Made by a program: the position numbers and the translations under genes. Positions 35,179-44,898 of a DNA stretch of 64,000 nucleotides are shown here, in pieces (positions within the stretch are counted from its first letter, which is position 1; the number at the start of each line of letters is the position of its first letter). The notes beneath the pieces were generated by a model. It was not told where the DNA came from, did no database searches, and saw only the letters and a list, made by a program, of their open reading frames with translations. Source of the stretch: Acholeplasmataceae bacterium (GTDB lineage Bacteria; Bacillota_I; Bacilli_A; Acholeplasmatales; Acholeplasmataceae); the NCBI GenBank assembly GCA_965657915.1, contig CBFHPN010000006.1:3057-67056 (forward strand), in the 5' to 3' direction.

Positions 35179-35567
35179 AAAAGATGACCAATTAAATAGG
35201 TGAGTGTGGAGACAGAAAATCCTAAAAATGTTCCCCATGTGATATCTATGAGTGTGACTTTAATCGGCCACTTATCAAGGGTTGCTAAGTTTGTTAAGTC
35301 GTATGTTGCATACGTAATGAAACCATAAAGTCCACCATAAAGCATGGCATGATTCAGTGACATAGCATCTAAGGCTGGAACAATTGCAAAAATCATTAAA
35401 AAGATAATATACAAAACATAAAAAACAAGCGCAGCATACCAATTTGGTTTTTTCGCTAAAATATAACCAATTTGTGTTTGGTACATCTTTTTAGCAAATA
35501 GACCTAACCATAAAATGTCAATGATAAAAAAGATGATAAATGCAATGAGAAAAATTAATATGTTCAT
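35175..35567 (-). CDS. DUF2177 family membrane protein
   Basis: FIIDILWLGLFAKKMY...YATYDLTNLATLDKWP, the characteristic DUF2177 pattern as recalled. 130 aa with 4 TM segments. Confidence 0.6.
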   Translation of the reverse strand: MNILIFLIAFIIFFIIDILWLGLFAKKMYQTQIGYILAKKPNWYAALVFYVLYIIFLMIFAIVPALDAMSLNHAMLYGGLYGFITYATYDLTNLATLDKWPIKVTLIDITWGTFLGFSVSTLTYLIGHLL

Positions 35568-36400
35568 GATGTCTCCTTTGTTGAAACTACAATGTGATCA
35601 AATGGAATTTCTATGTGTAAAGCTTTTAACTGATCTAAAATAAATTGTCTCAAGTCTCGTTCAACACTAAATTGTGTATTCGGTTTTGTTTGACATGTTA
35701 ATGTCATTTCAATCCCAGAAGCTAAAAATTGAGTCACACCTAAAACTAAAGCATTAGAAATGACATCATCATGGTTAGATTTAAAGTTGACTAAGGCTTC
35801 ATTTAAACTTGATGACATGGTTTTAATATCCGTTTCATATGGCACTGAAAATGTAATAATTGCTTGCGAGTAAAATCTAGAGAAGTTAATGACTGGACTC
35901 ATTTGACTATTAGAAAAAATTTGGATGTGACCTGTCCAATGTTGTAATGTTGTTGATTTTAAACCGAGTTCTAAAACAGTGCCTCTAAAACCCTTCACTT
36001 CGACAACATCTCCAATATCATAGTGGTTTTCAAACACAATAAAAAATCCTGCAATCATATCTTGAATCATACGCTGTGCACCAAGACCAATCACAAGGCC
36101 TACAATGCCAAGACCAGCAATGGCTGGAATCACATCGACGCCCCAAATGGATAAAATCACTAAAATAGCGATGATAAAAACAGTATATCTGAGTAAACTA
36201 AAAAGAAGTTTGGATAGTGTTTTAAAGCGCGTCACTTGTTTTTGTTTTGATTCAGCATGTCTTAAATATCGTTTAATCAAAGATTGAACTAAAAGAAGTC
36301 CTAAAAAAGAGACAATGACAATTAAAACTGTAAAAAAGATATTAGCAAAAATAGGATCATTTATGAGATCTTCATATAATTCTGAAAAGAAAGTAAGCAT
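35564..36400 (-). CDS. small-conductance mechanosensitive channel (MscS family)
   Basis: 3 TM segments followed by IQDMIAGFFIVFENHYDIGDVVEVKGFRGTVLELGLKSTTLQ. Confidence 0.85.
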   Translation of the reverse strand: MLTFFSELYEDLINDPIFANIFFTVLIVIVSFLGLLLVQSLIKRYLRHAESKQKQVTRFKTLSKLLFSLLRYTVFIIAILVILSIWGVDVIPAIAGLGIVGLVIGLGAQRMIQDMIAGFFIVFENHYDIGDVVEVKGFRGTVLELGLKSTTLQHWTGHIQIFSNSQMSPVINFSRFYSQAIITFSVPYETDIKTMSSSLNEALVNFKSNHDDVISNALVLGVTQFLASGIEMTLTCQTKPNTQFSVERDLRQFILDQLKALHIEIPFDHIVVSTKETS

Positions 36401-36496
36401 CGTATCACCTCGATGTAATTATACCATATTTTACGTGAATAAAACGTGCGTTAAAGGACACTTCATGATACAATATGTTTGCACAAAGGAGGCCTT

Positions 36497-37981
36497 ATGA
36501 ATCATCAATTAACACCATATTTCACCAAACTTGTTGAATATATAAAAAAAGACAGAGTTCCTTTTGATGTTCCAGGTCACAAAATGGGTATTTTTGAAAA
36601 TGATATGATCGCTTTTTTAGGTAAAGATGTTTTTAGAATGGATGTCAATGCACCAGACGGCTTAGATAATTTAAATGTTCCTAAAGGTGTTATTAAAGAT
36701 TCACAAGCTTTATTTGCAGATGCTTTTAAAGCAGAACATGCATTTTTTCTTACCGGTGGAACAACATTAGGTATTTTAGCGTTGATTATGTCTACTGCAA
36801 AAGCAAAAGAAAAAATCATTATGCCACGTAATGTACATAAATCAATCATCTCAGCGCTTATCATGAGTGGTGCTATGCCTATTTTTGTAGAACCTGTGAT
36901 TGATGAAGATCTTGGAATCGCAAACCATATGCCGCTCGAATCATTAAAAAAACAAATTGCCAATCACCCAGATGCTAAAGCTGTTCTCATCATTAATCCA
37001 ACATATTTTGGCGTTGCAAGTAACATTGAAGAGATTGTAGATATTGTGCATCAACACAACATGCTTGTGCTTGCTGATGAAGCACACGGGTCTCACATGG
37101 TCTTTAGTGATGAACTTCCAATGACTGCCATGCAAGCGGGGGCTGATTTATCCGCAACATCGATTCATAAAACAAGTGGATCACTTACCCAAAGTTCAGC
37201 GATTTTAGCACAAGGCTCACGATTTGATTACACAAGATTAGTTGCAACCATTCACATGGTTCAATCCACGTCACCTTCGGCTTTGTTACTTGCAAGCTTA
37301 GATGTTGCTAGAAAAGCCATGTATTTTCAGGCAAAAGATAAGATTGAAAACTTAATTCCAAAAGTTAGAGAAATGATTGTAAAAATCAATACATTAAAAG
37401 GTATCAAAGCATACACAAAAGAAGATTTTTTAAAGCAAGGTGCAACGCATTTTGATGAAACCAAACTGATTATCAAAGTCACAGGATTAGGACTTACAGG
37501 ATTTGATATGTATCATCTTTTATCTGAAAAATATGACATTCAAGTTGAGCTTGCAGAAACCAAACTGGTCTTGTGTGTATTATCAGTGGGAACGACGCAA
37601 TCACATTTGGATAGAGTGTATGAAGCGCTCCTTGAGTTATCAAATACCTATGGTCATCAAGATTTAAAAGTTGAAACATATAAACCTAAGGGAAGTTTCC
37701 CCGAAGCATATGTACGTCCTAGAAGTGCATATCATGCCCCAACAAGAAATGTAAAATATGAAGAAGCGGTTGGAGAAATTGCTGCGGAATCTGTGATGAT
37801 TTATCCACCAGGCATTCCAATCTTAATTCCAGGAGAAATCATTGATCAAGCACTTGTTGATGAACTGGTGTTTTACACATCTCAAGGATCAACCATATTA
37901 AGTGAATCAGAAGATGGTTATTTTAAAGTTGTAGATAAATTAACTTGGCCCAAGTGGGAGGAGATAGACGATGAGCTTTAA
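36497..37981 (+). CDS. Orn/Lys/Arg decarboxylase family PLP enzyme (probable arginine decarboxylase, given the agmatinase partner)
   Basis: ORF track 36479..37981. I prefer ATG 36497 after AAAGGAGG. SIHKTSGSLTQSS contains the PLP Lys. Overlaps speB by 11 nt. Confidence 0.75.
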   Translation: MNHQLTPYFTKLVEYIKKDRVPFDVPGHKMGIFENDMIAFLGKDVFRMDVNAPDGLDNLNVPKGVIKDSQALFADAFKAEHAFFLTGGTTLGILALIMSTAKAKEKIIMPRNVHKSIISALIMSGAMPIFVEPVIDEDLGIANHMPLESLKKQIANHPDAKAVLIINPTYFGVASNIEEIVDIVHQHNMLVLADEAHGSHMVFSDELPMTAMQAGADLSATSIHKTSGSLTQSSAILAQGSRFDYTRLVATIHMVQSTSPSALLLASLDVARKAMYFQAKDKIENLIPKVREMIVKINTLKGIKAYTKEDFLKQGATHFDETKLIIKVTGLGLTGFDMYHLLSEKYDIQVELAETKLVLCVLSVGTTQSHLDRVYEALLELSNTYGHQDLKVETYKPKGSFPEAYVRPRSAYHAPTRNVKYEEAVGEIAAESVMIYPPGIPILIPGEIIDQALVDELVFYTSQGSTILSESEDGYFKVVDKLTWPKWEEIDDEL

Positions 37982-38852
37982 GAAAGTCGACTTAAGTTTT
38001 CAAAGTTGTAAAAGTGAATATGACGAAAGTGATGTTGTGATATTCAGCGTTCCTATGGACTGGACAACGAGTTTTAGACCAGGAACAAGATTTGCAGGGA
38101 ATCAAGTAAGGGTTGATTCTTTTGGCATTGAGTGGTATTCACCTCATCGTGAAGCCAATTTAAGAGATTATAAAACATCTGATATTGGTGATTTAGACTT
38201 ACCAATCGGTGATGTTGAAAATAGCTTAAAAGTTATATATGAGACCTCAAAAAAAATTTATGACGATCATAAATTTCCAATGATGATTGGTGGTGAGCAC
38301 TTAGTGACGTTGCCAGTCCTACAAGCTGCTAAAGAAAAATATGAGAATTTGCATGTCATTCATTTAGATGCACATACCGATTTACGTGCATCATTTTTTG
38401 GTCGTGAACTCTCTCATGCAACGTTTATGTATCATGCACACAAGTTTTTAGGCGATCATACCATATATCAATTTGGGATTAGAAGTGGTGATCAACATGA
38501 ATTTGATTGGGCAAAAAAACATATCCATCAACGACTATTCGATTTTGAAGGATTAGAAAAAGCAGTTGAAACACTAAAAGATGTCCCTGTTTATATCACC
38601 ATTGATATTGATGTCTTAGATCCTTCAGTCGTTCCGGGTACAGGGACACCTGAACCAGGTGGCATGCAATATAAAGATGTATTGTGGGCATTTGAACAAT
38701 TTGAAAAACTAGGACACATTGTCGGATGTGATTTAGTAGAACTTAATCCATATTTAGACCCATCTGGTGCATCTACAGCAGTAGCTGTGAAAACAATTCG
38801 AGAACTCACATTAATTTTACAAAAAAACATTTCAAAAAATAAAACAATATAA
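37971..38852 (+). CDS. speB: agmatinase
   Basis: Arginase-fold Mn ligands: GGEHLVT, HLDAHTDL, ITIDIDVLDPSVVPGTGTPEPGG. Confidence 0.85.
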   Translation: MSFKKVDLSFQSCKSEYDESDVVIFSVPMDWTTSFRPGTRFAGNQVRVDSFGIEWYSPHREANLRDYKTSDIGDLDLPIGDVENSLKVIYETSKKIYDDHKFPMMIGGEHLVTLPVLQAAKEKYENLHVIHLDAHTDLRASFFGRELSHATFMYHAHKFLGDHTIYQFGIRSGDQHEFDWAKKHIHQRLFDFEGLEKAVETLKDVPVYITIDIDVLDPSVVPGTGTPEPGGMQYKDVLWAFEQFEKLGHIVGCDLVELNPYLDPSGASTAVAVKTIRELTLILQKNISKNKTI

Positions 38853-38944
38853 AAACGTTATCAACAAACAAAAATAACCGAATGTGTTGATAAAAAACCT
38901 TAAAAACACTATAATAAGTAATGTAAATTCGATAGGAGGCTTAT

Positions 38945-40033
38945 ATGCTATTCAAAGATTTTGATCCACAAAAAGGAAAGCGCCTTGAAATTTTAGATGC
39001 CCAAGGAAACGTAACAAACGCAAAACTTGAGCCTAAAATTGATAAAGAGACGCTTTTAAAAATGTATAAAACCATGACATTAGGTCGTGTTGCAGACATT
39101 AAAGCATTACAATATCAACGTCAGGGACGTATGCTTACATATGCACCAAACATGGGACAGGAAGCTGCTCAAGTAGGTTCTATGGCTGCACTTGATAAAA
39201 AAGACTGGTTATCACCAGGATTCCGTGATTTAAACTTAATGTTATACCGCGGTGTACCATTAAAACAAGTCTATTTATATTGGTACGGTAACGAATGGGG
39301 TAACCATTTCGAAGAAGATATGAGAATTTTACCAATCAACATCATCATTGGTTCTCAAGTTGCACATGCTGCAGGTGTCGCATATGCCTCTAAAATTCAA
39401 AACAAAGGTGAAGTAGCTCTTGCTGTCATCGGTGATGGTGGTACCTCACACGGTGAATTTTATGAAGGATTAAACTTCGCTGCAAGTTATGATGCACCCC
39501 TTGTTGTATTAATTCAAAATAATCAATACGCAATCTCAACACCACGTCGTAAAGCAACAAAAGCAGAAACGCTTGCTCAAAAAGCAGTTGCATTTGGAGC
39601 AGAAGGCATTCAAGTGGATGGAAACGATGTCCTTGCGATGTATGTTGCAATGCAAACAGCTGCTGAACATGCACGTTCAGGTAAAGGTGTTGTTTTAGTT
39701 GAAGCTGTTACATACCGTATGGGACCACACACGACATCTGATGACCCATCAATCTATCGTACAAAAGAAGAAGAGCAAGAATGGGCGAAAAAAGATCCAA
39801 TCGCACGCTTCAAGAAATACTTAATGGACAAAGGATTATGGTCTGAAGAAGAAGAAGCAAAACTAGATGAAGAAAATAATGCATTTGTTAAAGAAACATT
39901 TGAGTGGGTTGAAGCGAACGGTGCGGCAACACTTGAAGATATCTTCAAATATACGTATGCAGAAATGACACCACAACTTACTGAACAATATGAAACTCAC
40001 AAAAAATTCCTTGAAGAAAGCGAGGGTAAATAA
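38945..40033 (+). CDS. pdhA: pyruvate dehydrogenase E1 alpha subunit
   Basis: GDGGTSHGEFYEGLNFA is the TPP motif. Gene order is E1a-E1b-E2-E3. Confidence 0.9.
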   Translation: MLFKDFDPQKGKRLEILDAQGNVTNAKLEPKIDKETLLKMYKTMTLGRVADIKALQYQRQGRMLTYAPNMGQEAAQVGSMAALDKKDWLSPGFRDLNLMLYRGVPLKQVYLYWYGNEWGNHFEEDMRILPINIIIGSQVAHAAGVAYASKIQNKGEVALAVIGDGGTSHGEFYEGLNFAASYDAPLVVLIQNNQYAISTPRRKATKAETLAQKAVAFGAEGIQVDGNDVLAMYVAMQTAAEHARSGKGVVLVEAVTYRMGPHTTSDDPSIYRTKEEEQEWAKKDPIARFKKYLMDKGLWSEEEEAKLDEENNAFVKETFEWVEANGAATLEDIFKYTYAEMTPQLTEQYETHKKFLEESEGK

Positions 40034-40035
40034 TC

Positions 40036-41019
40036 ATGGCTGTTTTAAATTTAGTTCAAGCAATTAATCAAGCACTCGATCAAAAAATGGAAGATGATGG
40101 CCGTGTTGTTATCTTCGGTGAAGACTCAGGTTACGAAGGTGGCGTATTCCGTGTCACTGCAGGACTTCAAAAGAAATATGGTGAAGACCGTGTATTTGAT
40201 ACACCAATTGCAGAAGCTGCAATTACTGGTTCAGCAATCGGTATGGCTGTGAATGGACTTGTTCCAGTTGCAGAAATCCAATTTGATGGATTCGTTTTCC
40301 CAGGAATCACTGAAATCGTAACACACATGGCAAGATACCGTAACCGTTCACGTGGACGTTATGGATTACCCATCGTTGTTCGTTTCCCTGTTGGTGGTGG
40401 GATTCGTGCCCTTGAACACCATAGTGAATCTTTAGAAGCTTTATTTGGACAAATTCCTGGATTAAAAGTCGTGATGCCATCGACACCATATGATGCAAAG
40501 GGATTATTAATTTCAGCTATTGAAGATCCAGATCCAGTCATTTTCATGGAACCAAAACGTATTTACCGTTCTGGTAAACAAGAAGTGCCTGAAGAAATGT
40601 ATCGTATACCAATTGGTAAAGCGAAAGTTGTCAAAGAAGGAAGCGATGTCACCGTTGTTGCATGGGGACCATTTGTTCGTGAAGTAGAAAAAGCAATGGA
40701 GTTATTAAAAGCTCAAGGCGAAAATATTGACATTGAACTTATTGACTTAAGAACCATTAATCCAATTGATGAAGACACCATTATCAATTCCGTTAAAAAA
40801 ACTGGACGCTTTGTTGTTGTTCAAGAAGCTGTAAAAACATATGGACCTGGTGCAGAACTGATTGCACTCGTCAATGAAAAAGCATTCTTACACTTAGAAG
40901 CACAACCTACACGTGTGACAGGATTTGATGTTACTGTACCACTTCCACGTGGAGAACATTTCTTTTTTATTCAACCAGAAAGAATTGCAGCTGAAATTAA
41001 AAAAGTTGCGAAATTTTAA
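40036..41019 (+). CDS. pdhB: pyruvate dehydrogenase E1 beta subunit
   Basis: FGEDSGYEGGVFRVT...DTPIAEAAITG. 327 aa. Confidence 0.9.
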   Translation: MAVLNLVQAINQALDQKMEDDGRVVIFGEDSGYEGGVFRVTAGLQKKYGEDRVFDTPIAEAAITGSAIGMAVNGLVPVAEIQFDGFVFPGITEIVTHMARYRNRSRGRYGLPIVVRFPVGGGIRALEHHSESLEALFGQIPGLKVVMPSTPYDAKGLLISAIEDPDPVIFMEPKRIYRSGKQEVPEEMYRIPIGKAKVVKEGSDVTVVAWGPFVREVEKAMELLKAQGENIDIELIDLRTINPIDEDTIINSVKKTGRFVVVQEAVKTYGPGAELIALVNEKAFLHLEAQPTRVTGFDVTVPLPRGEHFFFIQPERIAAEIKKVAKF

Positions 41020-41030
41020 GGAGGCCTTAC

Positions 41031-42320
41031 ATGTTTGATTTTAAATTCTCAGATGTTGGTGAAGGCTTACACGAAGGTGTCATTTTAGAATGGCATTTCA
41101 AAGAAGGCGATGCTGTTAAAGAAGGACAACTTTTGGTTGTTATTGAAACAGACAAAGTCAATGCTGAACTTACAGCACCAGTGTCTGGTGTCATTAAAAA
41201 ATTAGGTGCCCAAGTTGGACAATTGATTCACGTTGGTGAAACGTTGGTTGTCATTGATGATGGTACAGGCGGAGAAGCACCTCAAGAAGCTGAACCAAAA
41301 GCGACTGAAGAAGTAAAAAAAGAAGCTGCTGGTGAAGGCGAAGAAAATGAACAAGGTGTGATCGGTGAAATTGAAGTTTCATCTGCTGTGATGGCGTCTT
41401 CTAATGAAGGTGTGACGGCAACGCCAGCGAAAGCTCAAGCTTCTCAAAGAGCACTCGCAACACCTGCTGCTAGAAAGTTAGCACGTGATTTGGGTGTTGA
41501 TATTAATCAAGTCAAAGGATCTGGCGCACATGGTCGTGTCATGAAAGAAGATATTTTAGCATCTTCTGGTACAACGTCGACACAAACAGTTGCTGCTCCA
41601 AAAGTGACCATTTCTACACAAGGTAATGTTGAAGTTGTTCCAATTACGAAATTAAGAAAAGCCATCGTTTCAGCGATGACACGTTCTAAACAAATCATTC
41701 CACATACTGTCTTAATTCAAGAATTAGAAGTGGATCAACTTGTCGAACTTCGTCAATCTGTTAAAAATCAAGAATTGTATGCAGATGTTAAAATCACATA
41801 CATGCCATTCATTATGAAAGCTGTTGTGAAAGCACTTCAAGCATTCCCAATTTTCAATAGTTCATTTGATCAAGAAAATGATCAAGTGGTATTAAAGAAA
41901 TTTTATAATTTAGGAATGGCTGTTGATACTCCAGATGGATTAATTGTTCCTGTTATTAAAGATGCCGATCACCTATCTGTTGTTGGTCTTGCAAGAGAAA
42001 CTCGTCGACTTGCAGATTTAACAAGAGATCGTAAAGTTCAACTTGCAGATTTAAAAGATGCGACATTCTCAATCACAAACTTTGGATCCATTGGTGTACC
42101 ATTTGGAACACCAATCATCAATCACCCTGAAGTTGCCATTTTAGGAGTCGGTAATATTTCAAGAAAACCAGTTGTTCGTGGCGATCAAGTTGTCCCTGGA
42201 TATGTGATGCCTTTATCACTTGCTGTTGACCATAGAATTATTGATGGTGCAGATGCAGGTCGTTTCTTAAACTTAGTGAAACAACTTCTTGAAAATCCAA
42301 GTCTGTTACTCATTGATTAA
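41031..42320 (+). CDS. pdhC: dihydrolipoamide acetyltransferase E2 (single lipoyl domain)
   Basis: IETDKVNAEL lipoyl-Lys motif, an Ala/Glu/Pro-rich linker, an ATPAARKLA subunit-binding domain, and the C-terminal catalytic motif DHRIIDGA. Confidence 0.9.
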   Translation: MFDFKFSDVGEGLHEGVILEWHFKEGDAVKEGQLLVVIETDKVNAELTAPVSGVIKKLGAQVGQLIHVGETLVVIDDGTGGEAPQEAEPKATEEVKKEAAGEGEENEQGVIGEIEVSSAVMASSNEGVTATPAKAQASQRALATPAARKLARDLGVDINQVKGSGAHGRVMKEDILASSGTTSTQTVAAPKVTISTQGNVEVVPITKLRKAIVSAMTRSKQIIPHTVLIQELEVDQLVELRQSVKNQELYADVKITYMPFIMKAVVKALQAFPIFNSSFDQENDQVVLKKFYNLGMAVDTPDGLIVPVIKDADHLSVVGLARETRRLADLTRDRKVQLADLKDATFSITNFGSIGVPFGTPIINHPEVAILGVGNISRKPVVRGDQVVPGYVMPLSLAVDHRIIDGADAGRFLNLVKQLLENPSLLLID

Positions 42321-42329
42321 GGTGATATC

Positions 42330-43700
42330 ATGAAATCATACGATATCGTTGTATTAGGTAGTGGACCAGGTGGTTACGTTGCTGCAATTAAAGGCGCACA
42401 ATTAGGCAAAAAAGTAGCCATTATTGAAAAAGAATCTATTGGTGGCGTTTGTTTAAATTGGGGTTGTATCCCAACAAAAACCTTATTAAAAAATGCAAAA
42501 GTCTATAAATATGTTCAACATGCACTTGATTATGGAGTGGTTGTGGATGGAAAAGTATCTGTAGATTGGTCAAAAATGCTCGCACGCAAAAATAAAGTTG
42601 TTAAACAACTTACGGGTGGTGTATCAGGTTTATTAAAGAAAAACAAAGTTGACGTCTATATGGGTGTTGGTAAAGTTTTATCTAAAAATAAAGTTGAAGT
42701 TAACGGTGAAACGCTAGACACTAAAAACTTAATTTTAGCAACAGGTGCATCGCCATTAACACCTCCAATTCCAGGATTAAAAGAAGGACTTCAATCTGGA
42801 TTTGTTAAAACATCAAAAGAAATGTTAGATACAGAATCGATTCCAGAAGAACTTGTGATTATTGGTGGCGGGGTCATCGGTGTAGAATTTGCAACGATTT
42901 TCTCATCAATGTCTAAAAAAGTGACGATTATTGAAAAACTAGAAGGTATTTTACCAACAGTTGATGATGATATTCGCAGTAAATACACACCGATTTTAGC
43001 AAAAGATGGAATTGAGATATTGACTTCTGCTGAAGTGAAAACCATCGGTAAAGACAGTGTAACATACTTAAAAGATGGGAAAGAAACAACAATCAAAGCT
43101 TCTGTTGTCTTACTATCGATTGGTATGAAACCAAATTCTGAAGGTTTAGAAGTTTTAAATCTTAAATTAGACAGAGCATCTGTCGTTACGAATGAGAAAT
43201 TAGAAACTTCAGTCTCAGGTGTCTATGCCATCGGTGATTTAAATGGCAAATACATGCTCGCGCATGTTGCATCGACTGAAGGACTTGTTGCTGTTGAAAA
43301 CATTTGTGGACACAAAACAACGATGGATTATACACAAATCCCAAGTGCCATTTATGGATCTCCAGAAATCGGGATGATTGGATTAACAGAAAAAGAAGCA
43401 AAAGCTCAAGGGAAAGATTATAAAGTTTCAACATTTCCTCTTGCAGCGAATGGTCGCAGTTTAGGAGAAAACGAACCAAACGGTTTTATCAAAATTATTT
43501 TTGATAAAAAATACGGTGAAGTCTTAGGTGCCCATTTACTTGCATATAATGCATCAGAACTTCTTGGTGAAATTGGTGTCACCATGAAACTAGAAGGTAC
43601 TGCAGAAGAAATTGCACAAACCATTCATGCGCATCCTACGCTTTCTGAAATTATTTTAGAAGCTGCACATGGTTTTGATGGAAAACCAATTCATATATAA
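42330..43700 (+). CDS. pdhD: dihydrolipoyl dehydrogenase E3
   Basis: GSGPGGYVAAI, redox disulfide GGVCLNWGCIPTK, C-terminal HAHPTLSE. Confidence 0.9.
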   Translation: MKSYDIVVLGSGPGGYVAAIKGAQLGKKVAIIEKESIGGVCLNWGCIPTKTLLKNAKVYKYVQHALDYGVVVDGKVSVDWSKMLARKNKVVKQLTGGVSGLLKKNKVDVYMGVGKVLSKNKVEVNGETLDTKNLILATGASPLTPPIPGLKEGLQSGFVKTSKEMLDTESIPEELVIIGGGVIGVEFATIFSSMSKKVTIIEKLEGILPTVDDDIRSKYTPILAKDGIEILTSAEVKTIGKDSVTYLKDGKETTIKASVVLLSIGMKPNSEGLEVLNLKLDRASVVTNEKLETSVSGVYAIGDLNGKYMLAHVASTEGLVAVENICGHKTTMDYTQIPSAIYGSPEIGMIGLTEKEAKAQGKDYKVSTFPLAANGRSLGENEPNGFIKIIFDKKYGEVLGAHLLAYNASELLGEIGVTMKLEGTAEEIAQTIHAHPTLSEIILEAAHGFDGKPIHI

Positions 43701-43702
43701 TC

Positions 43703-43730
43703 AAAAAAGTGGTGAGATACCACTTTTTTT
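43703..43730 (+). terminator. intrinsic terminator after the pdh operon
   Basis: agtggt-gagat-accact followed by T7. Confidence 0.7.
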
Positions 43731-43756
43731 ATGCTAAAATATCATCAGGGGAACAC

Positions 43757-44677
43757 ATGACATATTTACTTATTTTTAATCCAAAATCAGGCAAAGGAAA
43801 AATTCAAAAAGATTTACCAAAAATTCAATCTTTTTTTAAAGAGAAAAAAATGTCTTTAGATATTCATGAAACAGTATCTCAAGATGATGCACGAAACTAT
43901 TTATTACACGCAAAGAAAAGTTATGATTGCGTGATGGTTGCTGGCGGTGATGGTACCATATCTACGGTTTTAAATGGCTTATTAAAACTGGATAAAAAAC
44001 CGATATTGGGCGTCTTACCTTACGGATCTGCAAATGATGTGAGTCATATTTTAGGCATTAAAAAAAATATTTTAAAAACGTTAGAACTATATACCACAAC
44101 ACAACCATCTTATATTGATGCATATCAAATGAATGATCATTTCTTTATGTATACTGCAGCTGCTGGTTTATTCACAAGAATTAGTTATGACATTTCAAGG
44201 CAGTCGCTGAATCAATTTGGACAAATCGCGTATTATATTGAAGGTATTAAAGATTTAACGTCTGAATATAATTTCCAAATGGAATTCCAAACACATCAAA
44301 AGACATTTCAAAAAAATGTAACCCTACTATTAGGATTATCCGCAAATAGAGTTGGAGGCATTCCTTTATTATTCAAAACAAAATCGAAATTAGATGATGG
44401 ATTATTTGAAATTAATTTGTTTGAAAGCAAAGGCTTTTTATCCAAACTTCGCGTCTTAAGTTTTTTTATAAGATTTGGTAGAAAAGTTCGAAGCGATATT
44501 GTGTTAAAAAGTGATTATTTTAAAATCAACACATCAAAAGATGTCAGATGGAATGCTGATGGTGAACATGTTTGTAATGGTGACATTGAAATTAAAGTTT
44601 TACCTAAAATACTACCTGTCTTTATGTCTCAACGTGCAAAAAGAAAATTATTAGTAAAAAATGAATTTCAAAAATAA
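43757..44677 (+). CDS. diacylglycerol/lipid kinase family protein (YegS/DagK type)
   Basis: ORF track 43709..44677. I prefer ATG 43757 (YLLIFNPKSGKGK). VAGGDGTISTVLNGL; LPYGSANDV. Confidence 0.8.
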   Translation: MTYLLIFNPKSGKGKIQKDLPKIQSFFKEKKMSLDIHETVSQDDARNYLLHAKKSYDCVMVAGGDGTISTVLNGLLKLDKKPILGVLPYGSANDVSHILGIKKNILKTLELYTTTQPSYIDAYQMNDHFFMYTAAAGLFTRISYDISRQSLNQFGQIAYYIEGIKDLTSEYNFQMEFQTHQKTFQKNVTLLLGLSANRVGGIPLLFKTKSKLDDGLFEINLFESKGFLSKLRVLSFFIRFGRKVRSDIVLKSDYFKINTSKDVRWNADGEHVCNGDIEIKVLPKILPVFMSQRAKRKLLVKNEFQK

Positions 44678-44750
44678 CGCAAATAAATCGCGATTGAAAG
44701 TGTCCTCATATAGAAGATTTTCATGATCAAACATCATATAACAATACATA

Positions 44751-44776
44751 AAAAAAGACGTTAACGTCTTTTTTTA
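44751..44776 (+). terminator. intrinsic terminator
   Basis: aagacg-ttaa-cgtctt followed by a T-run. Confidence 0.7.
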
Positions 44777-44898
44777 TTACCTTTAAAGGCTTGAATACGT
44801 TTTCATAAAACAAAGCATTGCATTTTCATTTCATGAGCGTATAATCGTGATGGAAACGGACGATAAAAGGTATTTTTTGCTTTTATGAAGGAGTTATA

